Positions 1-8,653 of a stretch of 64,000 nucleotides of DNA are shown here, in pieces. The translations under genes were made by a program, and so were the position numbers. Positions within the stretch are counted from its first letter, which is position 1. Each line of letters opens with the position of its first letter. Location of the stretch: NCBI GenBank assembly GCA_963663165.1, contig OY760175.1:960001-1024000 (forward strand), read 5' to 3'. The stretch comes from an uncultured Desulfospira sp. Lineage in GTDB: Bacteria; Desulfobacterota; Desulfobacteria; Desulfobacterales; Desulfobacteraceae. Under the pieces are notes generated by a model that was given only the letters and a program-made list of their open reading frames with translations, was not told the DNA's origin and made no database searches.

Positions 1-265
1 CAATCATCACGGCCTGGGAAACATGGGGACACAGGTTGTGGGGACACCCCTTTGCGTAGCATTTCCTGAAGGCATATGCCCGGCTGCCGCAAGTTCCGGA
101 ATAATGGCACAAAAAGACAAAGGCCTGGAACGTAACATCGGCCTGGGCAAAATTGACGGGCACGATCTCAAAACCGGTCCGGCAGGTAACCGTTTCCCCC
201 TGGTTTTTCAGTTGGATCAGATCGGTCACCCGGTTCGGTGCCGGGCTGCTGATTGCGGTTTCCAT
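1..265 (-). CDS. Cys-rich hypothetical protein, partial (runs off the window start), downstream of dsrE in the hdr operon
   Basis: Own translation from ATG at 265: METAISSPAPNRVTDLIQLKNQGETVTCRTGF...FRKCYAKGCPHNLCPHVSQAVMI, open to position 1; purine-rich AGGGGG RBS upstream; not in the ORF track. Confidence 0.7.
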   Translation of the reverse strand, partial: METAISSPAPNRVTDLIQLKNQGETVTCRTGFEIVPVNFAQADVTFQAFVFLCHYSGTCGSRAYAFRKCYAKGCPHNLCPHVSQAVMI

Positions 266-285
266 TTTTCCCCCTTTATCAAGGC

Positions 286-651
286 TTAATAAACCAGTTG
301 GGCGTCGGCTTCCAGGGCAAGCATGTTCAAGGCCCCGCCGGTGGTGACCTCTGTGCCGTCAATGAGATCTGATTCCTCAATTTTCCGGTCCTGGATACAG
401 GGCTTGCACACCATGAGCTTTCCGCCAAGCTCCATAAAATCTGCCATGAGTTTGGTCAGAGGCGCAAAACCGCCCGTGGCCGGGACATGCTCAATATACC
501 CTTTCTGAGCCAGGTAAACGGCGCTGCCCTGGAGGGCAACTGTGGTATCCACATCAAGGGCAATGGCGGCACAGGCCATGGCAAAACAGATGGACGCCTT
601 TTCCGCATCATCTCCGCCATGGGTACAAAAGTAGACGATTTTTTCAGACAT
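286..651 (-). CDS. DsrE/DsrF-like family sulfur-relay protein
   Basis: 121 aa, YFCTHG...A..A.A..D...V.LQGSAVYLA, CKPC motif; AGGAG RBS. Confidence 0.8.
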   Translation of the reverse strand: MSEKIVYFCTHGGDDAEKASICFAMACAAIALDVDTTVALQGSAVYLAQKGYIEHVPATGGFAPLTKLMADFMELGGKLMVCKPCIQDRKIEESDLIDGTEVTTGGALNMLALEADAQLVY

Positions 652-768
652 GATTTTCTCCTTTAGATTTGTTTAGGGGTTTAGGCTGAAGGGGTTTAGA
701 CTGAAGGAAATCGATCGCCTTTCGAGCAGCGAGACCTAACCGTCTTCAGCCTTCAGCCTATCCACCTT

Positions 769-1695
769 TTAAATATGTTCTACCAATAAGCTGCTCAGAT
801 CCCGCACATCAGCCCCGGCCTTTTTAAGGTTCCCCATACAGATGGGGCACATGGCAATGATGGGCTTGCCGGGTTCTGAAAGCTCCCCTGCCCGTTTTTC
901 CATGATCTGGCTGGAAAGCTTGGGGGAAATGGATTCGGCAGGCCCGCCGCAGCAGCTGGTGAAGTCCCGGGAATTCCGGATCCGGGTTTCCCGGATTCCC
1001 AAGCCTGCCAGCACTTTTCTGGGGATATCGGATACGCCCAGATACCGGCCGAAAAAACAAGGGTCATGCAGGGTAACCTCAAGGCCGGCATTTTTGGATT
1101 CAAGATTCAGCAGTTCAAAATAGGGAACCACCTCAAATTGAGCCCCGGTATATTTGGGAAAAAGTTCTTTTAAGGCATAGGTGGTATGGGGATCAATGGT
1201 AATAATTTTTTTGATTCCAGCCTGTTGCAGCTTTTTGGCAACTTTCCTGGCATGGGCCACAAACCCTTTCTGGTCGCCCATGTCATAAAGCAGAATCCCT
1301 GAATAATGGTCCAGATCCGGCCGGTAGCCAAAATCCACCCCGGATTGCCTGAGCAGGCGAACCACATTTTTCAAAGGAATGCCGGCCTTTGCCTTTTCCT
1401 TTGCCCGGGTCATGAGGGCCAGGCCGATTCCTGAAAAAGTGCCGGGAACATACCGGGCATATTTGAGATAATCTGCCGTCGGGGTGTCCTCATAGGTCGC
1501 AAGATACCGGGTGGATGTCTCAATATACGGGATAAACTGGTACATCAGGCCGGTATACAAAAGGTATTTCCCGTCATGGGGAAGATTTTGAGTTTTATAC
1601 CAGGTATTGACCATGAACTTAGGGATTCCAAAAGGGCTCATGGTCTGCCTTACGTTCCGGGCAAGGACCTCAATGATATCTATAGGATTGAACAT
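769..1695 (-). CDS. CCG-domain (HdrB/HdrD/GlpC-like) Fe-S protein
   Basis: C-terminal CCG domain HDPC...CCGG...MCPIC; likely start MFNPIDII at 1695 behind GGAGG. Confidence 0.8.
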   Translation of the reverse strand: MFNPIDIIEVLARNVRQTMSPFGIPKFMVNTWYKTQNLPHDGKYLLYTGLMYQFIPYIETSTRYLATYEDTPTADYLKYARYVPGTFSGIGLALMTRAKEKAKAGIPLKNVVRLLRQSGVDFGYRPDLDHYSGILLYDMGDQKGFVAHARKVAKKLQQAGIKKIITIDPHTTYALKELFPKYTGAQFEVVPYFELLNLESKNAGLEVTLHDPCFFGRYLGVSDIPRKVLAGLGIRETRIRNSRDFTSCCGGPAESISPKLSSQIMEKRAGELSEPGKPIIAMCPICMGNLKKAGADVRDLSSLLVEHI

Positions 1696-1699
1696 GATG

Positions 1700-2002
1700 T
1701 CAGGACCTCCTCTGGTAATCCACAACAAAGCGTTTGAGTCCCAGGATAATCTCGCCGGGATCGGCCTGTCTCGGACAGGTATGGGTACAAAGCCCGCAGT
1801 GCAGGCACTTCCACAGTTCATTGGCGTTTTCTAAAATGGCCTGCTTTGCCCCGATCTGGATGTACCGGATCATTCGCCTGGGAAAATTGTCGTTGACCAG
1901 GGGGCATACGGCGGCGCAGGTGCCGCAGTTAAAACATTCAAGCGCCGTATCCTGGCAATAGGGGGCCAATTCTTGGGCAAAATCCAAATCAACACTTGTC
2001 AT
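1700..2002 (-). CDS. HdrC-like 2x[4Fe-4S] protein
   Basis: CFNCGTCAAVCP and CLHCGLCTHTCP motifs; start MTSVDLD. Confidence 0.85.
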   Translation of the reverse strand: MTSVDLDFAQELAPYCQDTALECFNCGTCAAVCPLVNDNFPRRMIRYIQIGAKQAILENANELWKCLHCGLCTHTCPRQADPGEIILGLKRFVVDYQRRS

Positions 2003-2003
2003 G

Positions 2004-2339
2004 TCACACCTTCTCTTTTTCCCGGGGTTGATTATTGCCCCCGGACCCATGGGTTGTATTTAATTTGTATTTAAAAAATGATCCGTCCTTGGGCCCTTCC
2101 ACAATCTGTCCATACTTTTTAAGGGTGGCCATGTACCACAGGGTCCGGTCCGTGGGCATCCGGACCCCTTGTGAAATCTCAGGGATCGTGGCGTCACCAT
2201 TTTCAAGAAACGCCAGGATGTCCCCCATCTGTTTTTTTTGCTGCTTCATTTTGGCGGAGGCCTTCTTGATGGACTCCTTTCGCCGGGCCCTTAAGGCTTT
2301 CATGGCCTCTTTTCGGGTCTCTTTGTCTTGCTGTTCCAT
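2004..2339 (-). CDS. small basic winged-helix protein
   Basis: ILAFLENGDATIPEISQG...YMATLKKYGQIVEG wHTH-like pattern; embedded in the operon. Confidence 0.6.
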   Translation of the reverse strand: MEQQDKETRKEAMKALRARRKESIKKASAKMKQQKKQMGDILAFLENGDATIPEISQGVRMPTDRTLWYMATLKKYGQIVEGPKDGSFFKYKLNTTHGSGGNNQPREKEKV

Positions 2340-2387
2340 GATATGGTTCTCCCCCTGATTTATTTTTGGGATAGCGGTGAGGCTGCC

Positions 2388-4163
2388 TTAAGCGGCTGAG
2401 ACGATGGCATCCACCATTTTTTCGTATTGTTCCAGCGCCCATCCGTTCAGATCAATGGCCTTTTCCGGACAGACCGCCACACAGGCCCCGCATCCTAAGC
2501 ACATGGCCGCGGTGACCTGAGCCTGCTTCACGGTTTGGCCCTGCCGCTGAACCTCAACCAGGTTCAGGGCACCTTCCTTGATGCAGGCATCCACGCAAGC
2601 CCCATGGCCCTGGCATTTGTCCGGATCGACCTCGGCCACAAAGGGATCCAGTTCAATCACGGCTTTGCCCAGCAGGGCACAGGCTTTGGCGGCGGCCGCG
2701 CCGGCAGCATTGCAGGCTTCGCCCGAATCCATGGGGGCCTGGCAGGTGCCGGCCAGGAACACGCCGGAAACCGGAAATTCCACGGGCCTGAGTTTGGGAT
2801 GGACTTCGAGCAGGAACCGGTCGGTCCCCACGGGCAGTTTCATGATTGAGGCCAAATTGCCAACATCGCTTGGCTCAACCCCTGCGGCCAGGACCACCAG
2901 GTCGGCCGGGACGACCATCTCCTCATTAAAGGTCAGGGAATCCGTGACCTTCACGGTCAGGGGATAAGCAGATCCGGCCGATTTTTCAACCTGGGGCGGG
3001 GCATCGGCCTCATACCGCATGAACACCACCTTGTTGGCGCTGGCCCGGTTGTAAAGGTCTTCCTGGCCCCGGCCATAAGTTCTGATATCCCGAAACATTT
3101 CATATATCTGTGTTTGGGGATAGGATTCGCGAATCTGGTTGGCCGCATTGAGCATGGCAGCGCAGCAGGTCCTTGAGCAGTACTCGTTGAGCTGCCCGTT
3201 CTCTTTGGGCTGGTGAATTCCGGGAATCTGCCGGGAGCCCACACAGTGGATCATGGCAATATTCCGGACGGGCCGCCCTTCAAATTCAAACCGGTTTCCA
3301 CCCGGGGCGCCCTGTTTGAGGGCCTCAATCAGGGTCTGGAGGGTGATGACCTGCCGGTGGGTGCCAAAACCGAACTCCCCTTCAAAGGGCTGGTAAGGCA
3401 CGGATCCCGTTGCCATGACAATGGCCCCGGTGTCGATCTTAAATGATCCGTCTTTCCCCGTAACATCCAGGGTGAAATTGCCGACATAGCCTTGGACATC
3501 CGTGACTTCACTGCCCGTGTGTACGGTAATGGCAGGCTCTGCCGTTACCTGGGCGAGCAGTTCATTGAGGATATCCGATGCCTTTTCCCCGAACGGGGCC
3601 AGCCGGCCTAAATTATTCAGGTGTCCGCCCAAGGTTTGGGTTTTTTCGATCAGTGCCGTTTCAATCCCGTTTTGGGCCATATCCAGGGCGGTCTTGAGCC
3701 CGGCAATGCCGCCGCCGATGACCACGGCATGTTTTTTCGCATCCACCCGGATGGGCTCCAGGGGTTTAAGTTTTCCGGCCTTGGCTGCGGCCGCTGAAAT
3801 CAGCACCGCGGCCTTGTCCGTAGCCGGATCACCGTGATGGACCCAGGAGACCTGCTCACGGATGTTGGCATGCTCATAAACAAACGGATTGGCCCCGGCC
3901 CGTTCAATGGCCCCCCTGAAGGTGGCCTCATGAAGGCTCGGGGCACAGGACGCCACCACTACCGAATCGATTTTCCCGGCTTTAAGATCCTCGATGATCA
4001 TTTCCTGGCCGGGATCAGAACACATGAACATATTGGTCCTGGCCACGGCCACGCCCGGTATTTTTTCAGCCCGGTTTCTGACCTCTTCCACGTCCACGTG
4101 GTCGGAGATGTTCCCCCCGCAGTAGCAGATATAGACCCCGACTTTTTGATCGTTTTCTTTCAT
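2388..4163 (-). CDS. hdrA: HdrA-family FAD/Fe-S protein with N-terminal CxC domain and C-terminal ferredoxin domain
   Basis: VGVYICYCGGN, ANIREQ, VIGGGIAG, HCVGSR, YCSRTCC, HPKLRP, C-terminal CxxCxxCxxxCP; start MKENDQK behind GGAG. Confidence 0.9.
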   Translation of the reverse strand: MKENDQKVGVYICYCGGNISDHVDVEEVRNRAEKIPGVAVARTNMFMCSDPGQEMIIEDLKAGKIDSVVVASCAPSLHEATFRGAIERAGANPFVYEHANIREQVSWVHHGDPATDKAAVLISAAAAKAGKLKPLEPIRVDAKKHAVVIGGGIAGLKTALDMAQNGIETALIEKTQTLGGHLNNLGRLAPFGEKASDILNELLAQVTAEPAITVHTGSEVTDVQGYVGNFTLDVTGKDGSFKIDTGAIVMATGSVPYQPFEGEFGFGTHRQVITLQTLIEALKQGAPGGNRFEFEGRPVRNIAMIHCVGSRQIPGIHQPKENGQLNEYCSRTCCAAMLNAANQIRESYPQTQIYEMFRDIRTYGRGQEDLYNRASANKVVFMRYEADAPPQVEKSAGSAYPLTVKVTDSLTFNEEMVVPADLVVLAAGVEPSDVGNLASIMKLPVGTDRFLLEVHPKLRPVEFPVSGVFLAGTCQAPMDSGEACNAAGAAAAKACALLGKAVIELDPFVAEVDPDKCQGHGACVDACIKEGALNLVEVQRQGQTVKQAQVTAAMCLGCGACVAVCPEKAIDLNGWALEQYEKMVDAIVSAA

Positions 4164-4164
4164 A

Positions 4165-5454
4165 TCAGATTCTCCCGTTGGCGTTGGACATGAATTTGGC
4201 GGCTTCCATGGCGGCCGAGCCTGACTCGGTGATGGTATCCACAATGTCCTTGGGGCCGGCGGCGGCCCCGGTGGTAAACACCCCTGCCATATCCGTTAAT
4301 ACCGGAGAAATTTTAGGCTTGATGGAGGTGATGAAGTGATCCGTATCCGTTGAAACCGGACAGATGCCGGCCGGATCCCATCCGGGCACCATGCCCATGG
4401 AAAGGATGACCAGATCGTGGCTGGCCGTGTCAATGCCCGAACCGTCCTGGCGCTCGTACCGGACCGCTACGCTCCCATTTTCCCCGGGATCAATCCGGCC
4501 GACCTTGGCCTTAACAAATTCAATGCCCATGGCCTTGGCATTCTGGTAAAACTGTTCATAGCCTTTGCCAAAGGCCCGGATATCCATATAGTAAATGGTA
4601 ATATCCGCCAGGGGCAAAGAACCGGAAAGCAGCATGGCCTGCTTGATGGCATACATGCAGCAAACCCTTGAACAATAGGGAACCCCCATTTGTTTATCCC
4701 GGGAGCCCGCACACTGGACATAGGCTACCGAGTCGGGTTCCATGCCGTCTGAAGGCCGCAGCACCCGGTTGTAGGGGCCGTGAGGGGCCAGAAGCCGCTC
4801 CATCTGAAGGGAGTCAATGACATTGGGAATAAGGCCGTTCCCATAGGGAGCATTCTGTTCCTTGGGCAGCAGCTCAAACCCGGTGCTTATGACCGCCGTT
4901 CTGGCCTCAATGAGAAAATCTTCGCCCTCCTGGAGATAGTCAATGGCCTTTGTGGGACAGATCTTTTCACACTGCCCGCAGAGCATGCAGTGGTCCGGGG
5001 AAAGGACCGGCAGCTGGGGAATGGCATTGGAAAAGGGGATGGAAATGGCCTTTTTAGCGCTCAATCCCCCCTGTTCTTCGTCAGGGATATAAACCGGACA
5101 GACGTATTCGCATTTCCGGCAGCCGATGCACTTGTCCTCGTCCACATACCTGGGGTTCCGGCGAACCTTGGCCTTTACACCGGATTCGTCCCGGGTAAGG
5201 GAGGACAGGTCACAATAGGTAAACAGGGTAATATTTTCATGATGGGCGGCAGATGACATCTTCGGGGTGGTAATGCAACTGGCACAGTCCAGGGTGGGAA
5301 ACACCTTGGACAGGCGGATCATCTTGCCGCCGATGGACGCGTCTTTTTCCACAACAGCGACCTTGTATCCCTGATCGCCAAGGTCCAGGGCGGTTTGAAG
5401 CCCTGCGATGCCTGCGCCCACCACAAGGGTGTCAAATGATTGAATGGGGAGCAT
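4165..5454 (-). CDS. hdrA: HdrA/QmoA-family FAD/Fe-S protein with inserted 2x[4Fe-4S] domain
   Basis: VVGAGIAG, KVFPTLDCASCI, CIGCRKCEYVCP, CMLCGQCEKICP, QCAGSR, YCSRVCC, GPKDI; start MLPIQSF behind AGGAGG. Confidence 0.9.
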   Translation of the reverse strand: MLPIQSFDTLVVGAGIAGLQTALDLGDQGYKVAVVEKDASIGGKMIRLSKVFPTLDCASCITTPKMSSAAHHENITLFTYCDLSSLTRDESGVKAKVRRNPRYVDEDKCIGCRKCEYVCPVYIPDEEQGGLSAKKAISIPFSNAIPQLPVLSPDHCMLCGQCEKICPTKAIDYLQEGEDFLIEARTAVISTGFELLPKEQNAPYGNGLIPNVIDSLQMERLLAPHGPYNRVLRPSDGMEPDSVAYVQCAGSRDKQMGVPYCSRVCCMYAIKQAMLLSGSLPLADITIYYMDIRAFGKGYEQFYQNAKAMGIEFVKAKVGRIDPGENGSVAVRYERQDGSGIDTASHDLVILSMGMVPGWDPAGICPVSTDTDHFITSIKPKISPVLTDMAGVFTTGAAAGPKDIVDTITESGSAAMEAAKFMSNANGRI

Positions 5455-5495
5455 GGTTCCTCCTAGTAGATGGCTTGGCCGGTTTTCCGGCCGGG

Positions 5496-5915
5496 TCAGC
5501 ATGAAAGCTGCGGCGGCCCCAGCTCACTGACCAGCTGGTTCATCTGATTAATTTCATTTAAAAACGCCCGGTTGCAGACCGTGCAGATGGCGGTCAGGCG
5601 CAGCCGTTTCAAATCCAGGTTAAGGGCCTTCATCTTCTGATAGACCGAGTTGAGCCGGGTGGCCATGGCCTTGTAGGCCCCGTCATAGGGGCACTCTTCG
5701 CCGCAGGACATCACGATAATGCCGCTGATGCCTTTTTTGAAACAGTCAATGTAAAAGGATTCCGGGAACAGGACCGGGGCCCTGACCCTTAAAATGTAGG
5801 TATTTGCCGGATAGGAAGAGTGGGCCTGGCCCACGGAATCCGCGCCCGGATATGCGCAGGTTTCCGTGGCCAGAACCAGGATCTTGTTTGCCGTTGGGGT
5901 CCCTTGGGATGACAT
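5496..5915 (-). CDS. mvhD: MvhD/FlpD-like [2Fe-2S] subunit with atypical Cys pattern
   Basis: CAYPGAD..G....YP....I.RV, SCGEECPY.G, RLRL; adjacent to hdrA genes. Confidence 0.75.
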   Translation of the reverse strand: MSSQGTPTANKILVLATETCAYPGADSVGQAHSSYPANTYILRVRAPVLFPESFYIDCFKKGISGIIVMSCGEECPYDGAYKAMATRLNSVYQKMKALNLDLKRLRLTAICTVCNRAFLNEINQMNQLVSELGPPQLSC

Positions 5916-5926
5916 GGCGGCCTGCC

Positions 5927-6175
5927 TTATTTCTTCCGGGTGACAAAATGCCGGTCATACCCGTCTGCCTCAAGAAATCCCATGTATTCGTGCCCGACCT
6001 TGCCGGCCCAGGCCGGGATATCGTTCCGGGTTCCTGAATCGTTGGACAGGATTTCCAGGGTCTGGCCCACCTGGACCTTGCCGATCCCTTTTTTGGCTTC
6101 CAGAAGGGGGCCGGGGCAGGCACTGCCTCTGGCGTCAGCTGTGTTGGCCGCTTCAATTGCATTTAGATCTGTCAT
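5927..6175 (-). CDS. tusA: TusA/SirA family sulfurtransferase
   Basis: DARGSACPGPLL (CPxP) motif, D...DIPAW; AGGA RBS. Confidence 0.9.
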   Translation of the reverse strand: MTDLNAIEAANTADARGSACPGPLLEAKKGIGKVQVGQTLEILSNDSGTRNDIPAWAGKVGHEYMGFLEADGYDRHFVTRKK

Positions 6176-6243
6176 GATGATGTTCCTTTCGGTTTGGGTT
6201 AAAAATTCCACCGGGTTAGGGTGATCCGCTGATAACCTGTATG

Positions 6244-6260
6244 AGCAAGGTCAATGCCAA
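6244..6260 (-). promoter_or_regulatory. sigma54 (-24/-12) promoter of the tusA-hdr operon
   Basis: minus strand TTGGCATTGACCTTGCT = GG-N10-GC. Confidence 0.8.
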
Positions 6261-6388
6261 AAGGATTAAATAAAAAATTTAGTTCTTAAAAAACGACAAA
6301 TTGTTTTAATTTCAAGCGGTTTGTCCGGCTGACAGTCACCGTTGAAGGCTTTGGAGAATGGATTCAGATAACGTTACCCTTGGGAACG

Positions 6389-6411
6389 GGTAACGGTTTG
6401 GTTGCGTTACC
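6389..6411. promoter_or_regulatory. putative upstream activator site GGTAAC-N11-GTTACC
   Basis: GGTAACGGTTTGGTTGCGTTACC, 19/23 identical to 16890-16912; ~130 bp upstream of the sigma54 promoter. Confidence 0.55.
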
Positions 6412-6641
6412 CCCGGTATAAAATTTGAACCGCGCGGGGCCGGACAATACTGTTTGCCAATTCGTACTCAGAGATATAGACTTCTTTCCTCTATCTTTCT
6501 GTGTTAATACAAGCTGTCGCATCCAGGCTCATTTCAGATTCCTGGCCCGGCCCGGCGATATTTGCGTATATGTAAAATATTTTCAATATTTAGTAAATTA
6601 TTTTAATTGACAGGCATTATCTAACCCGATAGGTTGGTCCG

Positions 6642-6680
6642 AAATAGGACTTTTTTGCTAAAAATAGGACTTTTTTGCTA
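6642..6680 (+). repeat. tandem direct repeat AAATAGGACTTTTTTGCTA x2 (possible operator)
   Basis: two exact copies with 20-bp period upstream of the corrinoid operon. Confidence 0.8.
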
Positions 6681-6712
6681 AAACCTGCTTACTATTTATT
6701 TTCTTTGTGAAT

Positions 6713-6756
6713 TGTTTTGAACGACCTGTTTTGAACGACCTGTTTTGAACGACCTG
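6713..6756 (+). repeat. tandem repeat TGTTTTGAACGACC x3
   Basis: three exact 14-bp units read directly. Confidence 0.9.
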
Positions 6757-6916
6757 GGGGGCTTTTCTATGGGGAGTTGGGAACCTGGCGGCGATATTAA
6801 ATGAGCGGACGGTGAATTCACACAGGTATCACCCGTTTGCAAGGCCCCCCGGCCGCATGCCAGCCAAGAGGCCTTTGATATAAGCGTTTTACACACCAAA
6901 TAAGAGGAGATGGGCA

Positions 6917-7570
6917 ATGACAACCAAGCAAGAAATTCTTTCCAAGCTCAGCGAGGCGGTCTTAAAGTTTGAAGAAGAGGACGCGCGGACCTCAGCCATT
7001 GAAGCCCTGGAAAACAACATCGACGCTGTTGAGGCCATACTGGACGGCTTTGTGGTCGGAATGAAAAAAGCCGGTGAGTTGTTCAAACGACAGGAGTACT
7101 TTGTTCCGGAAATCCTGTTGTGCGCCGACGCTATGGAAGAAGGCATGAAAATTTTGCGGCCACACATTTCTAATAACAAAGCCACAAGCTCAAAAGGAAA
7201 AATCATATTGGGGACCGTAGAGGGCGATATTCATTGTATCGGGAAAAATCTGGTCAAATTGATGCTGGATACCAACGGATTTGAGGTTTACGACCTTGGG
7301 GAAGATGTTCCTGTATCCCGATTTGTCGAGGAACAAAAACGTATTGGTGCCGATATCGTCGCTTTGTCTACCCTGATGACAACAACGATGATGGCGGTCA
7401 AAAATTCGATTCCCATTCTAAGAGAAAGCGCTCCCGAACTGGCCATCATGGTTGGTGGCGCGCCGTTTACAGATGAAATTGCAAAAAAATTCGGTGCCGA
7501 TGGATACGCTTCTGACGCAATTACTGCCGTTAATGAGGCGGAAAGGATTATGGCTGCAAAATTAAGTTGA
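6917..7570 (+). CDS. corrinoid (cobalamin-binding) methyl-carrier protein, MtaC/MttC-like
   Basis: cap domain GELF...EYFVPE; GTVEGDIHCIGKN (DxHxxG), LSTLMTTT, MVGGAP. Confidence 0.95.
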   Translation: MTTKQEILSKLSEAVLKFEEEDARTSAIEALENNIDAVEAILDGFVVGMKKAGELFKRQEYFVPEILLCADAMEEGMKILRPHISNNKATSSKGKIILGTVEGDIHCIGKNLVKLMLDTNGFEVYDLGEDVPVSRFVEEQKRIGADIVALSTLMTTTMMAVKNSIPILRESAPELAIMVGGAPFTDEIAKKFGADGYASDAITAVNEAERIMAAKLS

Positions 7571-8592
7571 TAAATGTCCTTAAGAAATCCCCACCTCTGG
7601 AGCAGAATATGAATGAATTGGCGCAATTTATCACCGGCCTTGGCAGGGTTCCCATTGTCCCGCTGATTGGATTCCCGGGTATCCAGCTCAACAAAAAAAC
7701 GGTCAAGGAAGCCCTTTTCGATCCCAAAGTACAGATAGAAGCACTTTTGGCCCTTAACGAACAAGTTCGCCCGGACGCCCTGTTTGCCATGATGGACCTG
7801 ACCGTTGAGGCAGAACACCTTGGATGCCCTTTAAAATTCTCAGAGAATGACCCACCGGCTGTGGCAGACGGTTTATTCGATGATCGCGCAGACAATGACA
7901 CCATTTCCCGGGTTTTCAAAGACAGAACTGCCGGAGGCAGAATGCATCTTTTTGCCGAGGTGGTCTCCGGCTTGAGTGATGTGCTTGATATCCCGGTGGC
8001 CGCGTACGTGATCGGACCTTTGACCCTGGCCGGGGAGATCATGGGCATTTCCCGCGTCATGAAATCAACACGAAAAAATCCTGCCGTGCTCCATCAGGTT
8101 CTTTCAAATACAACTGAGTTAATCATGAATTATATTAATTTACTGGAAAGTGCGGGAGCACGGATCATATGCATACTCGAACCTAGTGCCATGATGATTT
8201 CCCCCACTCTTTTCAATGAATTTTCCGGACGGTACTGTAAAAAAATCGTCTCAGAAAGCATCACAGTGATGAGCGTTTTGCATATTTGCGGGGACACAAA
8301 TCATTTGATACCGGAAATGGAAAAAGTCGGTGCCGACGGCCTCAGCCTGGACAAACAGGTGGACCTGCCCAAAGCATATGACACCTTACATTCCCAAACG
8401 GTGTTGATCGGCAATATCGATCCTGTTTCCATCATCACCTTTGAAGATGCCGATACCGTTAAAAAGAAAAGCACACAGTTGATTCAAGCAATGAAAGGTA
8501 AACCCAATTTCATTCTGAGTACGGGGTGCGATGTCCCCCCCAACGCCCCCATTGAAAACCTTAAGGCCATGATGCAATCCAATGGTTTCTGA
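7567..8592 (+). CDS. UroD-fold methylcobamide:thiol methyltransferase (MtaA/MtbA/CmuA family)
   Basis: DLTVEAE.LG, GPLTLA, Zn motif LHICG...GNIDP...STGCDVP; TTG start overlaps upstream stop (alternative ATG at 7609). Confidence 0.85.
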   Translation: MINVLKKSPPLEQNMNELAQFITGLGRVPIVPLIGFPGIQLNKKTVKEALFDPKVQIEALLALNEQVRPDALFAMMDLTVEAEHLGCPLKFSENDPPAVADGLFDDRADNDTISRVFKDRTAGGRMHLFAEVVSGLSDVLDIPVAAYVIGPLTLAGEIMGISRVMKSTRKNPAVLHQVLSNTTELIMNYINLLESAGARIICILEPSAMMISPTLFNEFSGRYCKKIVSESITVMSVLHICGDTNHLIPEMEKVGADGLSLDKQVDLPKAYDTLHSQTVLIGNIDPVSIITFEDADTVKKKSTQLIQAMKGKPNFILSTGCDVPPNAPIENLKAMMQSNGF

Positions 8593-8653
8593 AAAAAATC
8601 CAGAAGCCAAACAATAGTAAGCTTAATTTATTAATCATTTGAAAGGAGCCACA

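Noticed and set aside
5463..5498. Selenocysteine readthrough at the mvhD TGC-TGA end, with a hairpin just downstream
   Set aside because: Hairpin GGCCGG-AAAA-CCGGCC is very close to the UGA and has no G in the loop; the codon is outside the conserved domain and readthrough adds only 10 unremarkable residues
6713..6756. CRISPR array
   Set aside because: 14-bp units are directly adjacent with no spacers and no cas genes; no repeat-spacer array was seen anywhere in the window
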